A stretch of DNA of 64,000 bases from a virus, in the IMG/VR virus record IMGVR_UViG_3300026097_000011, positions 64,001 to 128,000 of that record. One strand, written 5' to 3'. The notes beneath the pieces are model-generated. The model had not been told where the DNA came from. It did not search any database and saw nothing but the letters and a program-made list of their open reading frames with translations. A program made the translations under genes and the position numbers. Below are positions 18,357 to 27,087 of the stretch, piece by piece (within the stretch, counting starts at the first letter, position 1; every line of letters starts with the position of its first letter).

Positions 18357-19495
18357 ATTATTGAAGGATTATTTTTTAAATTAGTAAAATTTTTAAAGCT
18401 GAATTTTGTAAACTCAGATCTCTTAATATTAGCTTTGAGACTATCCTGGATCACACTTGGGAACAGTTTACTTGAGAGTCTAATGATTCTAGTATTAAAC
18501 AAAAAGTGTTTTCTAATGTCTCTTAATTGATCAATCTCAGATACCTTATTAAGCATGCTAATATGTTTAACTACGAAATTAATAAAGGTTTCATCTAGTG
18601 CATCTAATAAATCAATTGATTTTGTACCGAATTCATCTGATATGATCTCGATCAATTTTTTAGTCTTAGTAGGTGTCATTTTATCCATTTTAGGAATATT
18701 ATCCTTTTTATCTCCTCTAAATATTTTAGTGAAGACGTCAACTACTGGATCTATTACATACTCGACATAATCTTTATTTTTAAAAGCGTCTATTGTTTGA
18801 ACGATTGTAGATTCAGCGAAATGAGATTCGTTCAATGAAAAGAAATTATCCTCTTCATCTTCTGCAAAATCAGAATTAAGTTCCATAGGAACACATATTT
18901 TTTTATGCTTACGTTGTTGCTTTGGATAAATCACAATTACATTCTTTCTAGCGGAATATGTAAGTTGAGCGATATCTCCGTCTACAGTATAAACCATAAC
19001 GTCTGTGTTTAACATTTCACATAGATATGCAATTATGTCATCTCCTTCAGTTTCAGGTATTCTGTAATAATTTACTCCGGTCTCTCTTATAATAATTGGC
19101 GCAATTTCATTTTGAAAATAATCAAAAAATAGATAAATCTTATTATCCTTTTTTCTATTGCCTTTATATACGAATTCATCAGGCGATGCGGATGAATCTC
19201 CAGAAGATCCACTATCGAAATACTTTTGAATAAAGTCCTTTCTCCAGCTCCTAGAATCAAATGCTAAATGCACCCGTCCGATCCTTTTACCAGCGGGTGC
19301 AATTAGTGAGTAGAAATAATTTAAGCAGAAATTTCTAAACTGCAATTTAACTTGGTCCTTTATAATAAATTCGCCGTCATTTAAAACGTCTTCAACATAA
19401 TATTGAGCTCCTATTGTTTTATCTCTAAAAGCAATATTTCTCGATACACTAATTGCTACATTTAAATAAGCATTTCCATCTATTACAAAGTCCAT
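18353..19495 (-). CDS. rnh: 5'-3' exonuclease / T4 RNase H-like flap nuclease
   Basis: IDGN, AFD, YKGNR, EGDDII, DGDIAQL, GDKKDNIP. Confidence 0.85.
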   Translation of the reverse strand: MDFVIDGNAYLNVAISVSRNIAFRDKTIGAQYYVEDVLNDGEFIIKDQVKLQFRNFCLNYFYSLIAPAGKRIGRVHLAFDSRSWRKDFIQKYFDSGSSGDSSASPDEFVYKGNRKKDNKIYLFFDYFQNEIAPIIIRETGVNYYRIPETEGDDIIAYLCEMLNTDVMVYTVDGDIAQLTYSARKNVIVIYPKQQRKHKKICVPMELNSDFAEDEEDNFFSLNESHFAESTIVQTIDAFKNKDYVEYVIDPVVDVFTKIFRGDKKDNIPKMDKMTPTKTKKLIEIISDEFGTKSIDLLDALDETFINFVVKHISMLNKVSEIDQLRDIRKHFLFNTRIIRLSSKLFPSVIQDSLKANIKRSEFTKFSFKNFTNLKNNPSII

Positions 19496-19505
19496 ATTGT
19501 GTCAT

Positions 19506-19823
19506 TTACGATTTAGAATCTTCTGATACAACTGGATCTGAATCAACAGAAGCAGCTTGATTTGAACTTCTTTTAATTGTCTTAATTGCTTTAGCAACTA
19601 GCTCTGACTCATCTAGATTATATGATCCTTTAGCCTGTGCATAGTTTGCGCTTGCAATAAGAACAAACAACGCTTGATTTACATCTAATTTAGACAAGAA
19701 GTTTTCATAATCCTCGTCTTTCGTATAGGAAATAGTTCCTAATAGGACATTCTTTTGTTCTTGTTCTTGCTCAGTTGTTTTTTGTGCAGTTGATTTAGCT
19801 GCTTCTTTTTTCTTTGGTTCCAT
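19506..19823 (-). CDS. Conserved-looking phage hypothetical protein
   Basis: 105 aa ORF; LLGTISY and GSYNLDESELVAKAI segments. Confidence 0.65.
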   Translation of the reverse strand: MEPKKKEAAKSTAQKTTEQEQEQKNVLLGTISYTKDEDYENFLSKLDVNQALFVLIASANYAQAKGSYNLDESELVAKAIKTIKRSSNQAASVDSDPVVSEDSKS

Positions 19824-19849
19824 ATTAATATGATTTATTTTTAATTATA

Positions 19850-20869
19850 TTACATTTCTTCAAACAATGAGTCATACTCATCTTTTTCAGATACTTTATC
19901 TGACTTAGTTTCAGGTTCTAATGGAGTATCATTTGATTTCTCAGATTCAAACTTAACTGGCTCATCAATGATATCACCAGAAGGCGCAGATGCTGTAAGT
20001 TTTCCTGATAATTTAGCAAAAATAGCTTCTTTCATTTTATCATCCTTAGTTCTATCAAGGACCCTATCCAATACTGGACGAGGTTGAATTAAAGATACAA
20101 TATTTTCTGCAACTTTATCAAACTGTTCATCAGTCCATTCTCGATGCATATAGTCTTCAAGTGAAGGTGTATTCTTTTTCAAGAATTCCTGTACTAATCT
20201 AACAGATTTTTCACTATTTTCTGTGACTACGGAAGTGTCTCCTATCTTAAATACGAAAGGTGTGATATCATCCATAAATTTACATTTAGTCCAGTCTCTA
20301 AAAATCTTAGTCTTTTTACCAACTACACATAAGAAATCTTTTCCTTTTAAAAGGTGATATGGATTTACAGATTCAGCAGTTTCGATTAATTCACTTTCCT
20401 CAGGATTAATCTGACTATCAATAATTTGATTGATCTGAGATGAGAATTTAAAGAACTTGATAGTTCCTTCTAATTCTGGTCTCTGTGGATCTTTCTTGAT
20501 ATATACAGGAGACATATTAGTATGCCATCTTGAGAATGCATCTTTTAATTTTTTATGTAATTCTGGCTCTTCTTTCTCAAGTCCTTTAATTACGGTTTCT
20601 ATATCCCAAAGGATAGAAGGTTGTCCAACATTAGATGGGCAATCTACATAAGTTGCTTCTTTTGTTAGTGGGTTGTAAAATTTAGCTGAATACTTAGTAT
20701 ATTTGCTTAATTTCTTGTCGTGGATGTAAGGTAAAAATCTGAAAACAGATTGATATTTTCCACCAAATGCGTTTGGATCAGGATTGTAAATATTCTCATC
20801 CGTCTTTCGTTCGTACGATGATGATTTAGGCTTAAATCCTTCATCTGGTAAATCAAAAAAGTCACTCAT
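19850..20869 (-). CDS. Single-stranded DNA-binding protein (T4 gp32-like)
   Basis: VFRFLP, CP, DPQRPELEG, GKDF, acidic C-terminal tail (DEYDSLFEEM). Confidence 0.8.
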   Translation of the reverse strand: MSDFFDLPDEGFKPKSSSYERKTDENIYNPDPNAFGGKYQSVFRFLPYIHDKKLSKYTKYSAKFYNPLTKEATYVDCPSNVGQPSILWDIETVIKGLEKEEPELHKKLKDAFSRWHTNMSPVYIKKDPQRPELEGTIKFFKFSSQINQIIDSQINPEESELIETAESVNPYHLLKGKDFLCVVGKKTKIFRDWTKCKFMDDITPFVFKIGDTSVVTENSEKSVRLVQEFLKKNTPSLEDYMHREWTDEQFDKVAENIVSLIQPRPVLDRVLDRTKDDKMKEAIFAKLSGKLTASAPSGDIIDEPVKFESEKSNDTPLEPETKSDKVSEKDEYDSLFEEM

Positions 20870-20906
20870 AGTTAATTATTATTTTTTAGTTGTTTTTAAT
20901 ATCTAT

Positions 20907-20933
20907 ATTATACTTATTTGTTGGTATAAGTTT
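20907..20933 (-). promoter_or_regulatory. Pre-late promoter AAAC-N16-GTATAAT upstream of gp32
   Basis: Minus strand aaac-ttataccaacaaataa-gtataat. Confidence 0.7.
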
Positions 20934-20944
20934 CACCATTTTTG

Positions 20945-20980
20945 AAAAAAAAAAGGATAACTTTTATAGTTATCCTTTTT
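20945..20980 (-). terminator. Intrinsic terminator after the histone H1-like gene
   Basis: AAAAAGGATAACT-tttat-AGTTATCCTTTTT with a long A tract giving a U tail on the minus strand. Confidence 0.8.
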
Positions 20981-21001
20981 CTTTATATTGTCAATCCTGT
21001 A

Positions 21002-21271
21002 TTACTTTCCAGCAATTTCTTCTCTAAGACTTTTAGCTCCATCTTTGATAGTTGCCATTGTTTTAGAATTAGTTGGATTATGGATCGTTTTTCTGATCTC
21101 CTGTAGAGACTTTCTAATACGTCCACCAGCGCTCTTTACGCCTTTGTCGAAGAATTTTTCTACGTCACCGCTTGCTTCAATCTCAGCGATATGATTATCG
21201 ATTTCTCCAAATACTGAAGCTTTTGCTTCTTCTACTGTTGCTTTAAATTGTTCAAAACTATTCATATTCAT
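21002..21271 (-). CDS. Histone H1-like (Hc1-type, Bacteroidota-like) nucleoid protein
   Basis: EKFFDKGVKSAGGRIRKSLQEIRK matches the family pattern KF..KGNKxAGxRxRK. Confidence 0.75.
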   Translation of the reverse strand: MNMNSFEQFKATVEEAKASVFGEIDNHIAEIEASGDVEKFFDKGVKSAGGRIRKSLQEIRKTIHNPTNSKTMATIKDGAKSLREEIAGK

Positions 21272-21284
21272 TAAATTTTAGTAT

Positions 21285-21311
21285 ATTATACTAGGGAATA
21301 GTTATTGGTTT
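21285..21311 (-). promoter_or_regulatory. Pre-late promoter AAAC-N16-GTATAAT
   Basis: Minus strand aaac-caataactattcccta-gtataat. Confidence 0.7.
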
Positions 21312-22066
21312 TAGATAGAATCAATTATTTTATTCACCCTCGGGTTATTAGTGTCAATTAGTGCATCTGGATAATTCTCTAGGGCATGTATCATCCACAC
21401 TTTAAATACCTCTTCATATTCACTACCAGTTAATTTATCACCTTTTACAAACGGTAGTAGATATTTATCAAATAGTTCATCCAAGCTAGATCCTTCTACT
21501 TTACTTCTCTTATACATTCCTATTACCATAGATTCAATTTCATCAGGTAATAGGAAGTATTTAAAGCTTGAGTTTGCATTTGATCTATCTGCTCCAGAGC
21601 TAGGTCTAATATTAAATGGGTCTCTATTCCATCCAATTTGATTAGTGTGATTTACTTCGTGAGCAATTATATCTGTTAATTTATATTCCAATTCAGTATA
21701 TAAATCAGGCTCACGCTTAGGATTGATAATTAAAGTTATGATTATTTCTGGAATAATTAAATCTGTTTTATTAATATGAGCATTTGCATCAAGTGCAAAT
21801 CCATATTTTTTAAAGTTTATTTCCTCCCATTGTAATTCTTTAAAATGTTCATCGGTTTCAAAATTAGGAGAGGATATTTTCTTAACTTGTATTACTAAAT
21901 CAAATGAGTTATCGCCGTTGTATTCCAGTTTTCTAATTTCAGTATATGAATCGCTATTCACATCTGTTTTCTTAAGTATTTCAATTACGTCCCTTGAATA
22001 TCCTAAACTAGGAACATCAATTGATTCACTTTCATTAATAAATTCATTAAATCCCTTTATTCTCAT
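21311..22066 (-). CDS. Putative zinc metallopeptidase-like protein (HExxH) with capsid-targeting-like N-terminus
   Basis: AHEVNH plus downstream YF..PDEIES; N-terminus MRIKGFNEFINE. Confidence 0.6.
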   Translation of the reverse strand: MRIKGFNEFINESESIDVPSLGYSRDVIEILKKTDVNSDSYTEIRKLEYNGDNSFDLVIQVKKISSPNFETDEHFKELQWEEINFKKYGFALDANAHINKTDLIIPEIIITLIINPKREPDLYTELEYKLTDIIAHEVNHTNQIGWNRDPFNIRPSSGADRSNANSSFKYFLLPDEIESMVIGMYKRSKVEGSSLDELFDKYLLPFVKGDKLTGSEYEEVFKVWMIHALENYPDALIDTNNPRVNKIIDSI

Positions 22067-22557
22067 TATTTAGTTATTATGAATGTTACATCTACTGCGT
22101 CTGTACTAGGTACTTTATCACCGGGTGAGAAAATAACTTCTGTATCTTGAGTTTGTTTTCCTTCCATACCTGACTGAATTGCATGTTTAAATTTTTCAAC
22201 GTGCTTTTGATCTTCTGGTGTAACTGAGTCTTTGATGCCTGCTATATAATCAAACATCGCTTTTCTCTTTACATTAATTGCACTTTTCGCAAGTCCTGTT
22301 GTTTCCTCATCGACGTATGTATCGATCCATTTTTCTAGATCCTCTTTCTTAATATTATATGTTGAATACCTTTTAGATGTACTTCCATCTGGATATTTAT
22401 AATCTATGTTTTCATCACCGTCTATAAATAGAACAGTATATATTGGTTCAGAGGGAGCAGTCGCTTGTGCAGCTCCATCCATTGGCATAGCTCCTCCCAT
22501 GTCCTGCTCAGCAATATAATTAGAAAAGTATTTTAAGTGTTTTAAATTTTTATCCAT
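22066..22557 (-). CDS. Late hypothetical protein, putative head/internal protein
   Basis: Start reassigned to MDKNLKHLKYFSNYIAE, downstream of the late promoter at 22574-22581. Confidence 0.6.
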   Translation of the reverse strand: MDKNLKHLKYFSNYIAEQDMGGAMPMDGAAQATAPSEPIYTVLFIDGDENIDYKYPDGSTSKRYSTYNIKKEDLEKWIDTYVDEETTGLAKSAINVKRKAMFDYIAGIKDSVTPEDQKHVEKFKHAIQSGMEGKQTQDTEVIFSPGDKVPSTDAVDVTFIITK

Positions 22558-22573
22558 CTTAAATTCTTTTTTA

Positions 22574-22581
22574 TTATTTAT
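22574..22581 (-). promoter_or_regulatory. Late promoter ATAAATAA
   Basis: Directly after the nrdJ terminator, about 17 nt upstream of the ATG at 22557. Confidence 0.65.
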
Positions 22582-22584
22582 CAT

Positions 22585-22615
22585 AAGAAAGCCCTCAAAT
22601 CGAGGGCTTTCTTTT
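22585..22615 (-). terminator. Intrinsic terminator after nrdJ
   Basis: AAGAAAGCCCTC-aaatc-GAGGGCTTTCTT. Confidence 0.82.
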
Positions 22616-22677
22616 ATTTACAGTTCCAAATAAACTCTTTATAGTATAGAAATGTTATCCAATCGTCCCTTCTCATA

Positions 22678-25263
22678 TTATCCACATTTTGAATTTCCAC
22701 AGCCCATACATGTTAAACATCCTTCTTTATATTCAAGTGAATCAGATCCACATTCATTACATGTCTTACCTGATTGAACAGTTCCATCCTTTATATACTT
22801 TTTAATCATTCGCTTAACTCCTGATTTCCAAGTACTTATAAATTCTCCATCTAGGTTCAATCCGTCTAATAAGTCAATTACGTATGGAAGAGGCATTCCA
22901 TGTCTCAATATAGCAGATATAGTTTTAGCCATATCATAATATCTATCATCAAACGCATGATTTAAGCTAGGAATTCTGATATCATTTCCGTTTTTATCAG
23001 AATAGATGAAATCATAATTAGATTTTCCATCGTCTCCTTTTGTTCTTTTAATGATTCCATTATCGACATACGATGGAATAGGAAAATTATCATGATTTCC
23101 AGTAAATATCTCGTATGGCTTTCCATCTAGTTCTCCTATGAATCCTACCCATTTTTTTCCTTTATTCATAAATGTCAACACTGATGTATCTAATGACTTA
23201 GGTCTCTTGGGTGCATGGTGTTCTGTGAAGAGTGCATCTTTTTCTTTTTCTTCTTTTGAAATTAGAACCCCAGATCTTGATCCGTCTCTATATATAGTAC
23301 ATCCCTTACATCCATGCTTCCATGCGGTGATATATACATCGTTTACAAGTGCTTCATCTACATGTTCAGGAAGGTTAACAGTTACTGATATAGAATGATC
23401 TACCCATTTTTGAATTGCACCTTGCATTTTTACTTTTTCTACCCAATCCACATCATTTGCCATTCCTTTATAATACGGTGATTTTTCTATCAGCATATTA
23501 ACAGTTTCATCGCTTAATTCTTCTAATGGAATTATTTTGTCTTCTCTACTAAGATATTTGTGACCTGTGATTTCAATCCATTGTTTAAACGCATGATGAA
23601 ATACATTATATTCTTCCCAATGGTCTCCCACTTCATCGACAAATACGGCGTTGGAATTTACATCATTTGGGTTTACCTTCTTACGTCTTCTATATGCTAC
23701 CATAAACGCAGGTTCAATTCCAGAAGATGTCTGTGCCATTAGAGAAACTGTTCCAGTTGGAGCAATTGTAAGTAGAGCGATATTACGTCTACCATACAGC
23801 ATTAAGTCATCATATAACTTTGGATCCTCTTCTTTGATTCTATTTAAGAATGGGTGATCTTGTTCTCTAGCCGGATCCCATATTTTGAAAGTGCCTCTCT
23901 CTTTTGCAAGAATGTTAGATGATCTAAACACTTCAAGTGCGTATGTTTTATGAATATTTTCTGCAAATTTGGTAGCTTTCTTAGTTCCATATGTTAGTCC
24001 TAATGCAGCTAACATATCTCCCTCTGCAGTAATCCCAACTCCAGTTCTTCTGCCTTCCTTACATTTTTTCTGAATTTTAGTCCAAAGTTCAATCTCAGTT
24101 CTTTTTGTAGTTTGAGATTCTGGATCATCTTTCAATTTATTTAAAATTCCATCGATCTTTTCAACTTCTAGATCAACAATATCATCCATCATCCTCAATG
24201 CATATGCTGCATGCTCTTTAAATAATTCGAAGTCAAATTCTGCGTCTTTAGTGAATGGATTCTTTACATATGACAACAAATTAACTGCTAGTAATCTACA
24301 AGAATCATCTGGGCATAATGGAATTTCACCACACGGATTAGTAGATACCGTTTTATATCCTAGATCAGAATATCTGTCAGGTAAAGATTCTCTGATTATT
24401 TGATCCCAGAACAAAACTCCAGGCTCAGCTGATTTCCAGTTATTAGATACTATTTTATTCCATATAGCATGTGCATCTACTTCCTTAGTAACAGATGGAT
24501 TATCAGAGTCAACTGGCCATTGTTGTGTGTATTTACCGTCTCCAGTAACAGACTTCATGAAATCATCATGTGCTTTAATGGATACGTTTGCTCCGGTAAC
24601 TTTTGTTCCATCTAACTTAGCATCAATAAATGCTTCAGAATCAGGATGCTTAATAGACATTGATAACATCAATGCTCCTCTTCTTCCATCCTGTGCAACC
24701 TCTCGAGTTGAATTAGAATATCTTTCCATAAATGGAACGACGCCAGTTGAAGTAAGTGCAGAGTTATTAACTCTACTTCCACCTGGTCTAATTGCTTCTA
24801 ATGTGTGCCCAACTCCACCTCTACGCTTCATTAGTTGAACTTGTTCTTGATCAGTATTCATAATAGCTCCGTATGAATCAGATGGTCCGTCGTGACCAAT
24901 TACAAAACAATTAGATAGAGATACAGTTTGGAAATCGTTCCCTATACCACTCATCGGAGATCCTTGAGGTATAATATACTTGAAATCTTTTATGAGTGAC
25001 AGAATGAGCTCGTATGACATAGGATTATCATATTTTTGCTCTATTCTTGATATTTCTGATGCAATTCGTACGTGCATGTCATCTGGAGTAGATTCATAGA
25101 TGCTTCCATCTGAATCTTTCAAAGCATACTTGTTAACCCAAACATCAGCTGCTAAGGTATCTCCATTGAAATATTCCTCAGATGCAGCAACTGCTTGTTC
25201 TCTAGTATACACTGTTAATTTTTCTTTTTTAGCTTTAAGCGTAACTTCCATTGTTGTATTCAT
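22678..25263 (-). CDS. nrdJ: Class II (adenosylcobalamin-dependent) ribonucleotide reductase
   Basis: SLSNCF, RRGGVG, RRGALM, TNPCGEIPL, TIAPTGT, C-terminal CxxC..CxxC; no beta subunit adjacent. Confidence 0.92.
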   Translation of the reverse strand: MNTTMEVTLKAKKEKLTVYTREQAVAASEEYFNGDTLAADVWVNKYALKDSDGSIYESTPDDMHVRIASEISRIEQKYDNPMSYELILSLIKDFKYIIPQGSPMSGIGNDFQTVSLSNCFVIGHDGPSDSYGAIMNTDQEQVQLMKRRGGVGHTLEAIRPGGSRVNNSALTSTGVVPFMERYSNSTREVAQDGRRGALMLSMSIKHPDSEAFIDAKLDGTKVTGANVSIKAHDDFMKSVTGDGKYTQQWPVDSDNPSVTKEVDAHAIWNKIVSNNWKSAEPGVLFWDQIIRESLPDRYSDLGYKTVSTNPCGEIPLCPDDSCRLLAVNLLSYVKNPFTKDAEFDFELFKEHAAYALRMMDDIVDLEVEKIDGILNKLKDDPESQTTKRTEIELWTKIQKKCKEGRRTGVGITAEGDMLAALGLTYGTKKATKFAENIHKTYALEVFRSSNILAKERGTFKIWDPAREQDHPFLNRIKEEDPKLYDDLMLYGRRNIALLTIAPTGTVSLMAQTSSGIEPAFMVAYRRRKKVNPNDVNSNAVFVDEVGDHWEEYNVFHHAFKQWIEITGHKYLSREDKIIPLEELSDETVNMLIEKSPYYKGMANDVDWVEKVKMQGAIQKWVDHSISVTVNLPEHVDEALVNDVYITAWKHGCKGCTIYRDGSRSGVLISKEEKEKDALFTEHHAPKRPKSLDTSVLTFMNKGKKWVGFIGELDGKPYEIFTGNHDNFPIPSYVDNGIIKRTKGDDGKSNYDFIYSDKNGNDIRIPSLNHAFDDRYYDMAKTISAILRHGMPLPYVIDLLDGLNLDGEFISTWKSGVKRMIKKYIKDGTVQSGKTCNECGSDSLEYKEGCLTCMGCGNSKCG

Positions 25264-25269
25264 TTTTTT

Positions 25270-25713
25270 TTATTTTGTACCAGTAGATCCGAATCCTCCT
25301 TCTCCACGGTCAGTTACTAAATCTCCAAATGTCTCTTCTTCACTAGTTGCTTCTTCAACATTTACGTAATTTACAGGTAAGCATAACAGTTGAACTATTT
25401 TGTCTCCTGGATTAACAGATTGAGCAATATCACCTACATTTTTAAGGTCTATATGAATTTCACCCGTGTAATCTTCATCAATTACACAAGCTCCAACCAT
25501 TAGACTTTTCTTTGCGGCTATTCCTGATTTATTCATTGCAACTAATGCGTGTCCACTTGGAACTCTAGCTTTAATCCCAGCTGGGATAAATGCAGATTGT
25601 CCTGGTTCTAGTACAATTGATTCTTGGTCATTTGGAACGAATAAATCGATTCCAGCTGATCCACCAGTACCTCTTACTGGCATTTTCACATCTCTAATTC
25701 TTAGAATTTTCAT
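25270..25713 (-). CDS. dut: Trimeric dUTPase
   Basis: SAGIDL, KSG, VIDEDYTGEI, KIVQL, RGEGGFGSTG. Confidence 0.95.
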   Translation of the reverse strand: MKILRIRDVKMPVRGTGGSAGIDLFVPNDQESIVLEPGQSAFIPAGIKARVPSGHALVAMNKSGIAAKKSLMVGACVIDEDYTGEIHIDLKNVGDIAQSVNPGDKIVQLLCLPVNYVNVEEATSEEETFGDLVTDRGEGGFGSTGTK

Positions 25714-25746
25714 ATTTTATTTTTGTATTTACAGTTTTTACTAGAC

Positions 25747-25776
25747 TGCTCTGCCACCTAACCAGGTGGCAGAGCA
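25747..25776. other. GC-rich perfect 13-bp hairpin in the dut-nrdJ leader
   Basis: TGCTCTGCCACCT-aacc-AGGTGGCAGAGCA. Confidence 0.75.
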
Positions 25777-25824
25777 TGCTCTATTTTATGTTGTTAAATA
25801 TTGAGTAAATTTTCATGTTCGAAT

Positions 25825-25832
25825 TTATTTAT
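25825..25832 (-). promoter_or_regulatory. Late-type promoter ATAAATAA upstream of the dut leader
   Basis: Exact motif in the intergenic region between the S1-like gene and dut. Confidence 0.5.
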
Positions 25833-25842
25833 CAGTTCTAAA

Positions 25843-27033
25843 TTAATCAGATTCTACAAATTCGAATTTTAAATTTTTATTTATTGGATCTACTTTAGAA
25901 ACCTTTACCATTGGGTAGTGATTAAGGTTTCTCTCTAAATCTCGTCTTCGCATAGTAACATTAAATGATTCACCATCTATGTATATACTGATTGAATTAT
26001 TAGAGGAATCTACTTCATATTCGAAGCTTTCTCCTTCTGTCCTAGATCTAAGTTGATCCCATCTTTTCTTTTCAGAGTCAATAGTGTCAGGATCAAGAGT
26101 TAATACAATACGATATTGAGATCCTTTTTTAGTAACATTTTTGATATAGAAATCTATTTCATCATCTGCTTTAAGTGTTGATTTAACTTCATTGTAATTT
26201 TCAAATTCAGACGAGTGAATTAATCCAGTGTAATATCCTTCAAATTCTACAAATACTCCAAAATCATATGGACGATTGGTTAATATTCCAGTATATTTTT
26301 TACCGAATTGTAATTCACTAACCATTAGCGGCATAGACCGTTGAATATACTTTTTGTAAGATAATATGAATAAATCATTTGATCTATCATAATTATCTAC
26401 CATTACATTTAGAGTTGCTCCTAGTAATTTGGAAAAATCTCTAATTACATTAGCACCTGCATGAGATCCTGGGATAAAGCATTCTATTGTATCTTTATAT
26501 ATAGCAACATATCCACCTTTTATTAATTTCTTGATTTTAACCTCAAACCATGTTTTATTTTCAGCATGTTTATGTAGTTCATTAGCATAATTTATAGATA
26601 CGCATCTCTTTTGTGATCCTATAAAACTTCCACTTCGATCATTTTTAATAATCATTACATTAAAATCTACTTCACTTTCTCCCTTTGAAAGATCTTCAAC
26701 TGAAAATGCATATTCATTAAATGGGATTATGATTTCAACACCAGCATCGCACTCTGTTGCTTTAATATATTTGTCATCAAATGATATTTGATTTGCAGTA
26801 ACATCATATATTTGACCTATCGTCAAATCCTTACATGCGTGTAAATTATTACCGCTTTCAAGCTCATACTCCTTCATCTTGTCATATAGTTCCTGAGCAT
26901 AAGGTTCTTTGCAATATATTTTGATGCCCGCTTTAGCATCCTCCTCTGTTACTTCAACACCAGTATTGTACTTACTTAAGTGATTATCGAAAAGGTCTTC
27001 AACATCAGCAGGGTTATTTTTTTTCGTATCCAT
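25843..27033 (-). CDS. Ribosomal protein S1-like multi-S1-domain protein
   Basis: IKGGY...CFIPGSH and FGVFVEF.GYYTGLIHSSE are S1 repeat motifs. Confidence 0.8.
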   Translation of the reverse strand: MDTKKNNPADVEDLFDNHLSKYNTGVEVTEEDAKAGIKIYCKEPYAQELYDKMKEYELESGNNLHACKDLTIGQIYDVTANQISFDDKYIKATECDAGVEIIIPFNEYAFSVEDLSKGESEVDFNVMIIKNDRSGSFIGSQKRCVSINYANELHKHAENKTWFEVKIKKLIKGGYVAIYKDTIECFIPGSHAGANVIRDFSKLLGATLNVMVDNYDRSNDLFILSYKKYIQRSMPLMVSELQFGKKYTGILTNRPYDFGVFVEFEGYYTGLIHSSEFENYNEVKSTLKADDEIDFYIKNVTKKGSQYRIVLTLDPDTIDSEKKRWDQLRSRTEGESFEYEVDSSNNSISIYIDGESFNVTMRRRDLERNLNHYPMVKVSKVDPINKNLKFEFVESD

Positions 27034-27052
27034 ATTATTATTTTTATATAAG

Positions 27053-27080
27053 ATTATACTACGGCTAAATTCTTTAGTTT
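27053..27080 (-). promoter_or_regulatory. Pre-late promoter AAAC-N17-GTATAAT upstream of the S1-like gene
   Basis: Minus strand aaac-taaagaatttagccgta-gtataat. Confidence 0.7.
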
Positions 27081-27087
27081 TCTAATT

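Noticed and set aside
8620-25263. Inteins in the helicase, UvsX or NrdJ
   Set aside because: Lengths are normal and there are no intein block A/B or HN-C/S/T junctions
25740-25830. Cobalamin riboswitch ahead of the B12-dependent nrdJ
   Set aside because: The region is too short and lacks the B12-box architecture; only a simple hairpin is present
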